This document shows positions 36,402 to 50,740 of a stretch of 64,000 nucleotides of DNA, in pieces (within the stretch, counting starts at the first letter, position 1; every line of letters begins with the position of its first letter). The stretch spans positions 44,454,001 to 44,518,000 of the forward strand of contig OZ024740.1 of NCBI GenBank assembly GCA_964016885.1. Direction: 5' to 3'. The DNA comes from Eledone cirrhosa (lineage: Eukaryota). The notes beneath the pieces were generated by a model. That model was not told where the DNA came from. It saw only the letters and a list, made by a program, of their open reading frames with translations, and did no database searches. The position numbers were made by a program, and so were the translations under genes.

Positions 36402-36732
36402 CAACAACAAAAACAATAACATCCTGTTGTCTTTTCCTTGAAACAAATGTTAATACTATCTATCTTTCACACACACCCACACATGGAATGGTTTGAACCA
36501 TGGAATGATGTGAGACCAGTGTGTCACTGCAGGCTAATGAAACCATTATGTATTAAACAATGTTCATACTACTTAGAATATATAACATCTTTCTTGGCAA
36601 ACTAACTTGTCAAAGTGTTGTTTTTAAATTGGTATATTCCCAAACTCACTATTTTCTTCCTAAACTGAGAATAACTAGAAGCAGAGGTAAAAAAAATGAC
36701 TTTGAAGTAAATTTATATAAATATAAACAGAA

Positions 36733-36765
<33 letters not shown>

Positions 36766-37973
36766 CTTTCTCAATAACAACAACCTGTCATTATAGCGAA
36801 AGTCATTTTTTGAAAGTCTGTGTTGCATTGTCTATATTTTGAAGGACATACAAGAACACATACATACATATACTCACACACACACACAGAAATACACATA
36901 CAACCAAAAACAAAATTATACATATTATAAATAGACATCAAGTGTGATGGAGAGACAGCCGATGGTGACTTGTTGTGTTTATTTCTAGCGATAATATGAT
37001 GATGACTAGTTGTGATTATTTGTAGTGTTAATAACATAATGGCTAATTGTGATTATTTCTAGTGACACTGTGATGATATCTTTGAAATGGTGAAAATGAA
37101 AACCTCATTAGTGTTGTAAATAGAACAAATATACCACTAATTTAATATGAAAATTTACTATTGACCTATGTAGTTGTAGAGAATTAATGGTGGCTCCTGG
37201 GTTTGGGATTAAGAAAAAGTAAAAGTTTTAACAATGTTAATAATAGGAATTCTCTAGGGGAACATATAAGAGAAAGAGTGGGGACATATATAGAGAGAGA
37301 GATGAGAAAGAAAGCAGAATGATGAATTTAGCCATATTTTCAGATGTTAAAGCCATTTACTGGATATGACAATTTAATAAAATCATCATCATCACCACCA
37401 TCATCTCCATCATCATCATCATCAACAACAACAACAATAACAACAACATCAGATTATGCAAAATTCCTGCCCCAGTGTTAAATTAATCAACATCACTGCA
37501 TCATATCAATCACCAAGATTTTCTTCTTAAATTTCAAATATTTGTGACATAAATGCTTTCACCTAACCCTTCCATTGTCATATTTCTAACGACATCCACT
37601 ACCTATATCCTTAACCCTTCAATTGCCATATTTGTAATGAAATGTAATACCTGTGATTTTCAAATAATTTTGAAAATAATCAGAAATTTGGAAGGAATTA
37701 GTAAAATAAGTAACTTTCTGATTAAGTTTTTAAAACATAAATAAATATAAATTCTTATATAAGGTTATAACGGAAGTTTTAAATTTAAATATAAACATTT
37801 CAAAATATAGAGTTTTGTATAATAAAAGCAGGGAAATTTTCAGATGATTTGGTATATGAAACCCTGTAAGTTGTTTTAAAAATATCTTTGTATGCTTACT
37901 CAATTTTCTAGTGTATATATAACCCATGCTGGCATGGAAGATAGATGTTAATCGACGATGATGATGATGATGA

Positions 37974-38025
<52 letters not shown>

Positions 38026-38349
38026 TATATCGGGATCTCTGGCATTATGCAGTAATACAGAAGTCCCGCCTTACCATGGGCACAAGCTGAAGCTAAAGCA
38101 TACATATATATATATATAGTATGCAGCACCCCACCCTCTCATACATCTCTCATGAGGATAGGCTGTAACATATGTCCAGTGAAACTTCCAGCACACACTG
38201 TAAAGTGGTCGTGATGGCGACATGGCAAAAAAGCACCCAGCTCACACTGTATAGTGCTCGTGTAGGTGTCATGACAAAAACCACCCTCCATACACTGAAA
38301 AATTTGTTTGGCATTAGGAGGGCATCCAGTCATAAATGGGTGCTGTTGT

Positions 38350-39428
38350 CATAACACCTATATGACTACTTTACAGTGTCGGCTGGGCGCTTTTTACCAT
38401 GGCACCAAAATGACCACTTTGCAGTGTGGGTTGGGAACTTGGGGTAGATTTTGTTTCGTGTGTGAGGAGTGGGTTGTTATGGTGTAGGTAGGGTGTTAAG
38501 ACAGTGGAGGTGAAGGTGCATAGTAGATGTATGTTTCAATCCATGCCCAAGGGAAGGCGGGTCTTCTTTATTACTGCATAACACCAGAGATCTAAGCCTT
38601 GTCTCATCGCCTTGAAATGTGCAAGGTTAGCATTTATCACCTCATCCCAAGTCTTCCTACATGTTCTTACTACATAAGCCTGCAACATTGCTGTTCATAT
38701 ACATGCATTATGTAATCTGCCCTCCGTTTTGAGGGAAAATCCTTTAGTACCTAGCAGCAGTAGTAGCTCTCTGAACCTTTTCCATTCTGTTCTCACTTTG
38801 GTTACTGTTCTTTCAGAACGCCCACCTCCAATGCTGATTTAGTGACCAAGGTAGCAGAAGCTGTCTGCTGCTTCTATGGAACCCACTAAGAATTTGTTAG
38901 AGCTTATTTCTTGTGGGTGTTTACTGTTTACTGCTCCTGAGGAAAGGCCACATGTAAAACCGATATTCTTAGCTAACCTTCCTGAGATCCCACTACATCT
39001 CTTGTGTACACATAGTTTGCATTTGTGACAGAGGATGGAATTTCTACCTATGCCTTTCCTGCACACTGAGCAAAGCTATTTCCCTGAGGGATCAGGGCCC
39101 TGTTTTACCTTCTACTAACTAGGACTTAAGTCGGTGTCACATTGACTTTAAGACTCTGATTCTAGGCCATGCTTCCAGATTTTGAATTTCTTTTGGAAGT
39201 ATTAGATCATCTGCATACAGGAGTTCCTATGGGCAGCCAGTCTTAAACTCCTCTTTTATAGTCTGCAGGATTATAATAAACAGAAGAAGGGTAAAAACAA
39301 AGCCCTGGTTGACACCCACCTACATGCTAAATTCTTCACTATAGTCATTGTTAATTCTAACTTTGCTCCTCTATACAGGGCTTGTACAGTCTTTACAAGC
39401 CAGTCATCTACTCCTAGTTTTTTAAGTC
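38350..39428 (-). pseudogene. Decayed RTE LINE RT fragment with internal deletions
   Basis: KKLGVDDWLVKTVQALY and CRKGIGRNSILCHKCKLCVHKRCSG...FCYLG remnants with frameshifts. It lies tail-to-tail with a plus-strand RTE 3' fragment at about 38030-38335. Confidence 0.85.
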
Positions 39429-40924
39429 TTGAGAATTTGAGCGGCAGATGTGAGGAATTTTGGGAATAAATGCATTTTCTCTTGATCAATGCCTCCAAGA
39501 ATAGTGACCTCTAGGAGATAGTTTAACATCTGCCTAACTGTTAAGAGTGTGCCATTGCATAGACGTGACGGGTCCAGATTTCTCAAAAGGATGATGGGAG
39601 TTCCAATCTTTTAGATTACATATAGATATAGATAATTATATGTAAATGTGTGTGTGTATGTGTGTGTGTTGGGTGTGGGGGGTAAACCAGTGTTCAAATC
39701 TACGGAGATGCTGGCCACGAAACAAAAGTATCACTGACAACGCAAAGCAAATCACTTATGTTTGTCTACCAAAATGCTAGATATAGCAGTCAAGTTGTTT
39801 AGCATACCCAGGATGGTTTTCTTCTTCTTTGATGTTATATATAGATTATGATCTGTTTCCCATAAAACCTCTATTGCTGTTTTAAAGCTCAGATATTCAT
39901 GCATAGTCCTGTAACTCCTGGTGGTATCATAAGGGCGAAATAGTGGCATATTGCCTTTCTTGGGCATTTTAAGCCTGGCAGAGCTCATTCCTTTCCTGAT
40001 CTGAACAGCAGATTTCTTCCAGAGAAGGATAGAAGGTGAGAGAGAGGAGGTGAGGACGAGATATACAGAAAGAATTGCCCCAGTACTAGACTGGTACATT
40101 TTTATCAACCTCGAATCAATGAAAGACAAAGTTGACTTCAACAGGATTTGAATACTGCAAAGCATTCTGTCTGACACTCTAATGACTCTGCCAATTTGTC
40201 ACCTAAGCTCATATATATATAGCTTTAAAAACTCTGGTAACGGATTAAGAGAAGTTACTGTCATTTAAAAGTATTCTGAAGAAAGCAGACAGTTGGAAGA
40301 GCTCTTCAGTTAAGTCAATGATGATTTAACAACCTCTTTAGTGCTGGTGCAGCCAATACACTCTGTATCGCTGGTGGCATTTGGAAGAGCACCTAGCTGT
40401 AGAAACTAAGCCTAAATAGGAACATGTGCGAGATATGCTCCCCCAATGTATCTAGGAGGACAGTTGCTGTGATTACATACAGACTTGATCCATACCAATC
40501 TGTCCAACTCACACTAGCATAGAAAAGCAGATGTCAGAAGGTGATGAGGTTGATGATTATTAGAATGAATGTAATCTGTCTAGAGGTAATGAGGTAACTT
40601 CTACATTTTTGCTTGATCTGCTAAAATAGTGACCAAGCACCCATCAAATTCCACCCTTATGAAAGATCGCACTCTTAGATATAGTATAATGGGAAAATGA
40701 TAATAAAATAAAGCAGTGGAGTGATCAGCTGGAATGTTTTTGGTTGTAGGTTTACTCAATCAAGGACGACCTGGGGCTAAACACCAACAACAGCAACACC
40801 AAAAACAAAAAAAGAGCAACAAGAGTCCCAACAACAACAATAACAGCAGCAACAACAACCTAGTGTTGGTGCTATGATAGACAACATATCAAATTTTTGA
40901 AGCAGTGTTAACTGCTTGATGAAA

Positions 40925-41109
40925 TAATTGTTTCTACATTTGGCACAAGGCCACCAATCACCCAGTGCATTACTGGTACTTTATTTTATCGACCCCGTAA
41001 GGATGAAAGGCAAAGTTAACCTTGGCGGGATTTGAACTCAGAATGGCAAAGGCCGTAACTCTATACGTCAAAGCATGGCGTCCGACCCTCTACCGATACT
41101 GCCAATCCA
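40925..41109 (-). mobile_element. SINE family B
   Basis: Consensus match; 18-bp TSD actgcttgatgaaataat. Confidence 0.88.
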
Positions 41110-41176
41110 ACTGCTTGATGAAATAATGCCTTGTCTTTAAGAGCGGCTTTAATGGGGTGCTGATGATGGTTGTGTA

Positions 41177-41200
41177 GGCAGCAGCAGCAGCAGCTGTAGT

Positions 41201-41232
<32 letters not shown>
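41177..41232. repeat. (GCA)n microsatellite; one of many (AT)n, (ATC)n, (GA)n, (ATAC)n and (GATA)n tracts in the window
   Basis: Direct inspection. Confidence 0.9.
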
Positions 41233-41233
<1 letters not shown>

Positions 41234-42164
41234 GGTAGTAGTTGTAGAAATGTTAGAATTTACAAATGTATTTGTAAGATAATCAAATATTATAAACAGC
41301 AATCTATGGAAGAAAATAAGTAGTAGACCCATTGACAGAACTCTGAGCATATGTTTGTTGCTTATTAGGTAACCATGTTACCAAATACATAAACAGAATG
41401 CCTGCCAATGAAGTCTCTATTGGTTTGGTCACACACTCCATCACCCATGAGGTGAACTTATCCACAATGCAGTTTCACCAGAACGCTTCTGGGAATGGCA
41501 TAAATGGTGAGATGGACAGATAAAAACATGGATTGGCACCATCAGATTAGATCTTAAACAAATACCTAGTTCTTACATATACATTGTACACTGTTTGAAT
41601 TGTGACTGGCTGACAATGTTGACACTGGACTCTATACATCATAACTGGAGCTGGCTCAACTCATCCTAGTTAGATCTGACTCAACTTATCTGGGATAGTT
41701 CTCTCAATCAATCCTGGTTGGAGTTGACTCAATCTATTCCAGTTGGAGCTTGTTCAGTCCAGCCTGGGGGAATGTTGATACAAATACAATCACTATCTTG
41801 AAAATATGGTACTTAAATCGATTTTTTTCTGGTATTTTTTATTTAAGAAACAAAAAACACCTCTTTCTACTGTGCATATTTTTTCAATAAGAATATTAGA
41901 AAAATAAACCCCAATACTTCATTTGAAATAGAGAAGTTATCAGGTGTATTTGGTACATGGTAGCCCAGCATGTAATAGGTATGAGATTAGATTCCCATCA
42001 GTCCTTTTCTGTCTCTAATTGGTGTTTATAATGTCTAACATCACTTTAACAATATAACAACTACACAGTAATCCCTCATAGATATAAAATATTTATAACC
42101 CACCTATTATCATACAAGTTAAATATTTTAGGCTGGGAATTTGTTCTCCAGCACAGCATCACTC

Positions 42165-42450
42165 CAATCATTGCAGTCCTTCATCAGCTCGACTGCAAGC
42201 TTCAGTGATTTGAGATCAGTTCTCCCCTCATCTGCCCAAGTCTTCCTTAGCATTCTTCTATTGTAGCTCCCTTCCATTGGGATTTATTGATACTGCTTCG
42301 TTCATCCATATGCATCATATGACCATATCAATGCAGTCTTCTCTCCTGCACACTAGATCTGATATCTCTTATATCTAGGTTTTCTCTCAGCTCATTCATA
42401 CTTTGTTGTTCATGAATATTAGCATTGCACATCCATCAGAGCATATTTAT
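42165..42450 (-). mobile_element. Old RTE 3' ORF fragment
   Basis: Reverse complement is similar to the LRWMC...ELREKL...RRLHWYGH...GR..KTW region of the intact element. Confidence 0.7.
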
Positions 42451-45285
42451 CTAAAAAATCTTCCAATATAATTTGTATAAGAACTTTTGTTATGTTGTGC
42501 TCAAAGCACCAGCTTGTTAATGGTATAGCTCATTATATTTCTAATCTTAATTGTATTTGAATATAATAGGCAGTACTATTAATCAGAAATATAACAAGAA
42601 AAGGGTTAAATACTTTCATATTTTTCCAGATAAAAGCAATTAATTATCCAATTAAATTTTATGTGACAAAGAGCAAATGAAACTGCTCAACAAGGCTTTA
42701 TATTTAGATTCTATATATATTTCTACAGCGATATTCATGAGAAGGACAGAAAATATAAATAAAATTTAGAACATAAGAATGATATATTTGGCAGCAAGGT
42801 TACTAGATGTGTACTTGGAACATAAGATGCCTAGGTAGTATATTTGTGCATCTAATGGGGTTAAGAGAGAAGCAGAAAACTATATTTAGAAAGTAAAACA
42901 AATACCATGTTTCATTATCATATTTCACCCCAGAAAATATAGGTTTATGAATGTATGTCTCCGCAAGTAACAAAAAAAAAATGTCAGGGAGAATTTATTT
43001 GAGAAAATAGCATAGTTAGTTGCCAAACTTAATAACAATGATTTATTTTTGTTTTGTTCTTTGATTTTTTTTGTTTTGTTTAGTTTTGTTTGTTTTTGTA
43101 TTTTTGTTTTGTTTATTTTATTTATTATGATTATTATTGTTTTCTCTCTAATGTACCATAATTTGCTCAGGCAATTAAAATGTATCTATCACCAGTAAAG
43201 CAAATCATTGTAAAGGAGAAAATATAGTCTGAGCTATTTTTACCACATGTAAAGATTAAGCAATATTAGGTTAGCAGTAATTCTCACATCTCAATATACA
43301 TATCATGTTTTCATAGAGGTATCGTACTATATACGTTCTTACAAGAGCAAGTAGCATATTGCCAACCAAGGTAAATTGAATTGTATCCAACATATTGTAA
43401 ACTTAGTAGCTTCTCACCTGCTAGATAATACTTTTTTTTTCTTTTTCCTTTATCTAAAGTTGATTAAAAATAAAACAAAGTATGAAATTTAATGAAATAT
43501 TATTTTTAAGCATTAAATCTATAGGCTATTCAATTGTTGTTATTAATAAAATATCCCTCCTTTTTTCCCTGTCTCTCTGCCTCTTTCTACCTTTCTATAT
43601 CCCTATTTCATCTATCACATATACAAACACTCATGTATATACTTATGCATGCACAAATGCATATATATGTATATATATATATATATTATAGCAACTAGAA
43701 AAGTGTAATTAAGCTTATGTAAGAATATTTCATGTAATTAGTTTATAAAGTAACTACAAGCTAGAAACATTAATAAAATTGCTGACTGCATTTCAAGCTA
43801 TAACTAGTAATAACAGCATTAATATAATAACATTTATGTCTTACTTTTTGATGTCTTCTCTTATAAACTATACAATTGAATAGACTGCATAATTATATAA
43901 GTGTACATTATTCTATAATCTTAATTCTGTAGCTAATCATCATCATAATCATCATCATCACAGTTTAATGTCCATTTTCCACAGTAGCATGAGTAAGATG
44001 AGTTGTCCCATTGTGAGAGAAGTCAGGTCAGGTGACTGTGCCTTGCTCATACAAAACTGTTTCTAGATTGGTTTCTATGGCTGGATACCCTTCCTAATGC
44101 CAACCACATTTACAACACAGATTGGGTATTTTTTATTGTGACACTAAAATGACCAACTGACAAGTTGGGCTGGAGACCTTACTGGGTTCATCAGGTGCAT
44201 TTTTGTTGCTCCAAAATGACCAACTAAGAGGTTGGACTGGATACTTTTTCATTACGTCACCAGCACGACCGCCTTTCTGTGTAGACTGGGTATTTTGTGT
44301 TATGTCACCAACATTTTTACATTAAATGAATTAAGAAATAAAATATGTAATTATCAGACTTCCATCATTGAATGCCCCAGTCGTTTGATCAAGGGAGAAG
44401 CCTGCTTATGAAATTATCTTGCAAGTAGTTGACCATTCCAGAGAAATGTGTACCCTTAATGTAGTTCTCAGAGAGATCATGCATGACACAATGTGCCACA
44501 ATGCTGATCTGTTGCTCTGGTTCACTCAACTGAAAATGCATACCATCAGTTAGACCTGCAATGGCCTAGTATCTTGTATTCTCAGTCACTTAATACCCAT
44601 GAAACTGGGATAAGCTCCAAGCTTCATCCAGCCCAGATAAGTGTGAAAAAAAACATCTGATGTAAAACACTATCTCTGTTTCTCTAATGAGGTCTAACCA
44701 GATACAATATTAGATTTGATGAAGATGCTAATCTTTGCCAGTAATACAGACTACTGGTAAAAATGGATAAAAAAGTGTTGAATACAAAATAACTCTTATA
44801 TTATGGACTACCTCTTATGGAAGCAGAAGAAATCGATATGGTTTATGTTCAGCTTAAACATTTATAGACAACATCTATAAGATAACATCAAATTCCAGAA
44901 TGTTGATGCTCTGGGTAGTAAAAGGATTGGGAAACAAGGTTAGTGCATGGGGAGTAAGACAGTGTAGGGTGGTGGCAAGAAGAAGAGAGATGTATGTGGT
45001 TGGTGAGCCTGGGTGACAGTGGTGGTGGTGGTGGTGGGGATTGCCCTTATGTCTCAAGCAGGCAACTACCAACTATCTGTCTGTTCTTCTACTCAAAACA
45101 TCAGCTTAAGATGTCAATGTAACCTAATAGTTCTGTTATATTTAGAACTAGAGTAAATCAGTTCATTTCTATTCTACTAATGATAGATGTACAAATGGAC
45201 CAATGAGATTCAGGTTTTTTTTTAAATATTCCACTAATTAACATGAATGGCACATCACAAATATGTGATACAATTACTTACATTT

Positions 45286-45956
45286 TAATTGTTTCTACTT
45301 TAGGCACAAGGCCAGCAATTACCCAGTGCATTACTGGTACTTTATTTTATCGACCCCGTAAGGATGAAAGGCAAAGTCAACCTACTTACATTTTAATAAG
45401 CTGAGATCTATCCTTAAGAATTTTAATTAATCAGAGTTGTTACATAATTAATTAGATGTTAATTGCTTGTACTTATAATCTATCATTATGTTTATCTTAT
45501 GACGGTGGATTGGCAGTATTGGTAGAGGGTCGGACGCCATGCTTTGACGCATAGAGTTACGGCCCTTGCCATTCTGAGTTCAAATCCCGCCGAGGTTAAC
45601 TTCGCCTTTCATCCTTACGGCGTTGATAAAATAAAGTACCAGTAATACACTGGGTAGTTGCTGGCCTTGTGCCTAATGTAGAAACAATTATGTTTATCTT
45701 ATGGAGTTGATGGGTCCCTTATGGCCCTAAGCTATTCTTATTTGGAGTTACTATCCTGCTAGACAGCTGGTGGATTGGCAGTATCGGTAGAGGATCGGAC
45801 ACCATGCTTTGACGCATAGAGTTACGGCCCTTGCCATTCTGAGTTCAAATCCCGCCGAGGTTAACTTTGCCTTTCATCCTTACGGGGTCGATATAATAAA
45901 GTACCAGTAATGCACTGGTTAATTGCTGGCCTTGTGCCAAAAGTAGAAACAATTAT
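45286..45956. mobile_element. SINE family B cluster: partial minus copy 45286-45383, plus copies 45501-45690 and 45768-45956
   Basis: Consensus matches; TSDs tacttacattttaat and attatgtttatcttat. Confidence 0.88.
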
Positions 45957-47374
45957 GTTTATCTTATTCAAATAGATGTCAAATTAATAGTAAAATATTA
46001 AAGATTTTCTTTAAAAGATGCTTTAAATAGATGAACACTTTTATTTCTGTAACAAGAATATAACAAATCATATCAAGTTAAGGGAATTCATTTATATTGG
46101 ATCTTCTTTTACATTCATGCAGATATTTTATCATATACCACAAGAGTAATCAAATTAATTTAAAATATAGAGATAAAAGTAACAGAATATTAACATTTCA
46201 AAAGATAGTTTTTAAAGTTTTGACATCTTATCTGTTATTTGAAGTATTGCCTGATTTTTCAATTATAAATACAATATATCCTAAATGATTCCATTCAGTA
46301 ACAGCAGCAAACATTAAAGGTCGTTTTCCCTAATAAAGCAGGGGTTAGTTTTATGGGACTTATAGCTACCATGGGCTTCTTTTTGAAGTAATGTTTTACA
46401 GCTGGACATCCTTCTTGGTGCCAACTCTTTTAGTCACTTCATATGTTATGCAGGGATAAACCAGATACATCCAGTTTAAATCATTAATAAACAATTACTT
46501 TAAAGTAACTTAGGAAGATAGACAACCTCCTCCTCGTTATCATCATTTTGTGTCTGCTTTTCATGCTGGCATGAGTTGATGGGTCCCTTATGGCCCTAAG
46601 CTATTCTTATTTTGAGTTACTATCCTGCTAGACAGCTGGGGGCATTTTATTTTGGCACCTACACTAGAGCAGTTGTCATTTCTTTAACAAGACTAAAAAC
46701 TTCTCCTCTACTTTATGTTGTCTTCATTCAGTAGCCAACCACTTGACAGAAGTTACTGGGTGTATATTATAATGGTACCAACATCAGAGATGTAGTTTTG
46801 TCTCCTGCAAAATTAATGAGTTCTCTTTGCTTTACATTATTCTGTACTTTCAAGACAAATGTGCCCAACTGAGATTAGAATTGGGAAGAGAGTATGAATA
46901 TGAGTGTCAAAAGGGAAACGGTGTGATAGAATGGTAAGAGAGAGACTGTGGTAGCAACATGTTTGTTGTTTGTAGGCATTTGAGTAGTAAACAGCATGAA
47001 AAATGTGATGGGATAGCAATAGGAATGTGCCATGGTAGGAGGGAACCTTGTAGTAGATGGTAGAGACAAGTGTGAAGGTGAGATTTGCTAAAGTCTCTTG
47101 AAGGAGAGAATGGTGGTTAATGGTAGAGGTGATGGTTTTGAATATGGACATGAGTGAGGGATATGTGAGAGTGGAACATCGTCAATGAAGAGTCTCATGG
47201 GAAAAGGAATGAGGAAAAAAATAAAGCAAGAAAGAGAGAGAGTTAAAAAAGAAGGTGATTGTCAGCACTAGAGGGAGATAATATTGAATAGATAGATTAA
47301 ATGCTATACCCTCTTATATGCACGCTGTGCTGGGAATTAGGTATAGGATTGATGGAAAAAGAGGTGGCAGGACA

Positions 47375-47768
47375 ATAATTGTTTCTATTTTAGGCACAAG
47401 GCCAGCAATTATCCAGTACATTACTGGTACTTTATTTTATCGACCCCGTAAGGATGAAAGACAAAGTTAACCTCGGCGGGATTTGAACTCAGATCATAAA
47501 GGGACGTAACTCTATGCTTCAAAGCATGGTGTCCGATTCTCTACCGATACTACCAATAGGACAATAATGATAATGAGTGTGATAGGCCAGCAATTATAAC
47601 AATTAGAATATTCTCTTTTCCACTAAAAATAATTGTTTCTATTTTTGGCACAAGGCCAGCAATTACCAGTGCATTATTGGTACTTTATTTTATCGACCCC
47701 GTAAGGATAAAAGGCAAAGTTAACCTTGAAGGGATTTGATCTCAGATCGTAAAGGGACGTAACTATGC
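47375..47768 (-). mobile_element. Two SINE family B copies (47375-47556, 47628-47768)
   Basis: Consensus matches; the first has TSD aggacaataat. Confidence 0.85.
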
Positions 47769-49776
47769 TAGATGGTAATAGTAGAGGTAAGTGGCCTAGT
47801 GGTAAGGGTGTTGGACTTACAATCATTATATCATAGGTTCAATTCTTCGACTGGGTAGTGTGTTGTGTTCTTGAGCAAAACACTTTGTTTCACATTGCTC
47901 CAGTTTACTCAGCTAAAAATAAATACCAGCAATAACTGGGGTTTAACCATTAACCATGCAATGGACTGGCATCCAAGGTCGGGGGTTGTGTACACTCAGT
48001 CATTTCACGGCATGGAAACTAGGATAAGCACCAACTTGATGAGCCACCGGGCTCGAGACAGACTTTAGAATTTTTTTAAGGGAGGGATTGAGTTAAAATG
48101 AGGTGGCACTGGTAATATGATAAAATATATCCAGTCTACCCTGTAAGATAGTCATGGTGGTGCTACAACAAAAGTTCCTATTCCACCTTATAAGCTATCT
48201 GTACTCTAAGTTCAAATCCAGCTAAGGTCAACTTTGTCTTTTATCCTTTTGGGGTCAAATAATAAAATATCAGTCACGTACTTGTCTTGATTCTTCCTCT
48301 ATCTCTCTTTATCACTTTCTATCCCACTCTCTTCTTCTCTGGAAGAAATCAGCTATGTTAACACCAGGACCTGGATTGGTTCTGCCAGGTTTAAAATGCC
48401 CAAGGTGTGCCTGGAATCATGATTGAACCCTTCAACTCCATGAGAAGTTAAGGGCCCTTTATTTATTTATTTTGTTCTCTCCTGGGTGTATATCAGTGTA
48501 ATATTGACAGCATCACTTAAAGTGGCCTTCTTCTTCAGAGCTAAAGCTTAAATACTTAACCCTCTATAAAGCTCCCAACTGGGACAATATGGCTGCTACA
48601 CAGACAGACATCCATTATCACATCCAAAGAAAGGCCATACAACTAACTAACATCAATTTTCTCACCAACACATTCCAACCTCTCGCCCACAGATGTGTTA
48701 CTCTCTCTCTCTCTTTCTCCTTAAGAAATATCTGCTAGTCAGATTTAGCTGACCTCATGCCACCTTCATTCAGTGCAGGTGCCAGACATATGTGATAAAC
48801 AAGAGAAGTTTTGTGCATAGAAGTCATCGAAACGAGAGGTTAGATGAAAGAGATAAAAGTCCTTGATGCAGGACAAGAGATTATTGAATAACTTCTGCAA
48901 GTGGTTGGATACATTTCAGAGGTGAAATGATAATAGATGAACTTGGAAGAATTTGGAAGTTATTGTTTTTTAGATAAAGATGAGTGATGGGCAAAATATA
49001 TTTAATGTATGCATAAATCAAACAATGCTGGAGAAGAGAGAGTAGTCTTGGCAACAGAGATGGGTTCAGGATAGAAGTGATATTTATTTTCTTGGCCCAT
49101 TGAGGGATGAAAAACGAAGTTCACCTCTGCAGGATATAAAATCAGAACATAAAAAGATGTAACTAAATACCACAAAGCATTTACTCGGGCACTCCTATAT
49201 TTCTGTTGCTTCATAATCCAAATAAAAATAACAATAAGTATTATTATACTGTAATCTTATAGTTATTATATGTTTGCACTGCACAGCTCTGTGCACCTTG
49301 AGACAGTGCAGTGTTTTTATATGGTTCTGTCTATCCTATTGTATTGACAGTAATCTACGTAATTTATAAAACAAAACAATGCAGATGGAAGATAAGACCA
49401 CACAAAACTAATAGCAAAATGTATATTATCTTAATATCATCAGTAGGAAGGTGTGCTTGTTTGTTTTGGCACAATACATCAAAGTGTGGCTTGGTATTTG
49501 TCTGTGATGTTCTTTAAGGAATTTCTATGCTCTTAATAGTTGCCCAATATTTTGAATCTATTACCTGTAAAACTGGAAAGGTAAATTCACGTAAATGTGT
49601 GATAGTATTGGAAATTCTGATTTCAGACACAGCTAAAAATTTTCATTTCACTTACAGTTGTTAAACAAAGTTTGTTAAAATTTGTTTCATGTTTGAAACG
49701 TGAATCACATGACAGCAATGCAAATTCTTGAACCTTCAAAAACAATGATTCATCTATTACATTCCATCTCTTAGAC

Positions 49777-50283
49777 CAGTAGTTCTCAAATCTTTGGGGC
49801 TCTACTGTCCCCTTGGCTCACAGGTCACATCCCTAAAGTACCCATACACACATAAAGAATATACTCCTTGATATTAGATATAAAACATCAAAACATCAAC
49901 AATAACCATAAGTATTTTATGGCTGTTTTCGTTGCTAATGCAGAGATTATCTTTAAAAGCACCAACAAGACTTAGATCCCTGCATTGAGTCATTTTCAAT
50001 GTTTCCTTATTTAGAAAGAAGAGAACAGCTTCAGTGAAGTCTTGTACTGCTAGATATTATGTCGGTAAGGCAATAAACTATTTTTTTACTTAGTTCTACA
50101 GAGCAAGACTGCAACCAGAAATTTTTTTTTAAAATAAAAATAGTAATGATTTTTGGTTTTAAAAATATTTGGCCTCAGTTCAAGATCATTTTGGAGTGAA
50201 ATCAATTTTTCTTCCAGCATTCTTGTTTCCTCATTGTTGATATCTAGGAACAGATTGATCATACGGTCCTGATATCTGCCAGA

Positions 50284-50353
<70 letters not shown>

Positions 50354-50740
50354 AGCACCTCAACCAGGTATTCAAAATACACCTGAAGATCATCATTTGA
50401 TGTACTCTCTACACCTTCAGCAATTGAAACAGATTCAGAAAGTAGAAGAGTTTTCAACAAGCTATCTTATATTTGAATATTTCATCTATAACTTAGAGGG
50501 AAATGTGGAAAAGATTTATTAATTTCATTCCATCCTTTCCTTTCAGTTCCTAAGTAACTTTACCGAACATTGTGCATACACATCACAAGTAAGTAATATC
50601 TCGCTTGATGTTTCTTAATTCATCACAAAACTTAACTTTTTCATTATCGAATCACCTGAAACTGGCCCTTGTTCTTGATACAAAGCTGTTTGTTTTAAAG
50701 TGTATATATTTATCTAAAAACATAATAATCTATCATCATT
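49777..50740 (-). pseudogene. Decayed hAT (Charlie/Buster-type) DNA transposon, C-terminal transposase remnant
   Basis: DDLQVY..YL...EMSGRYQD...EEKLISLQNDLELRP, then FIALPT*YL...DF... resembling the hAT dimerization domain. Charlie-like terminus CAGTAGTTCTCAAATCTTT at 49777. A (GA)n tract has expanded in frame. Confidence 0.7.

Noticed and set aside
39808-40000. Possible extra minus-strand exon (cag...gtatgc, open frame)
   Set aside because: Its 5' part matches a dispersed repeat also at about 48330-48405 (ctctggaagaaatc...ctgccagg.ttaaaatgcccaag) and it has no FN3 or linker character; probably TE-derived, though not formally excluded.
50086-50460. 124-aa ORF as a host exon or domesticated gene
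   Set aside because: Flanking transposase-like sequence contains stops and frameshifts; treated as a hAT fossil.
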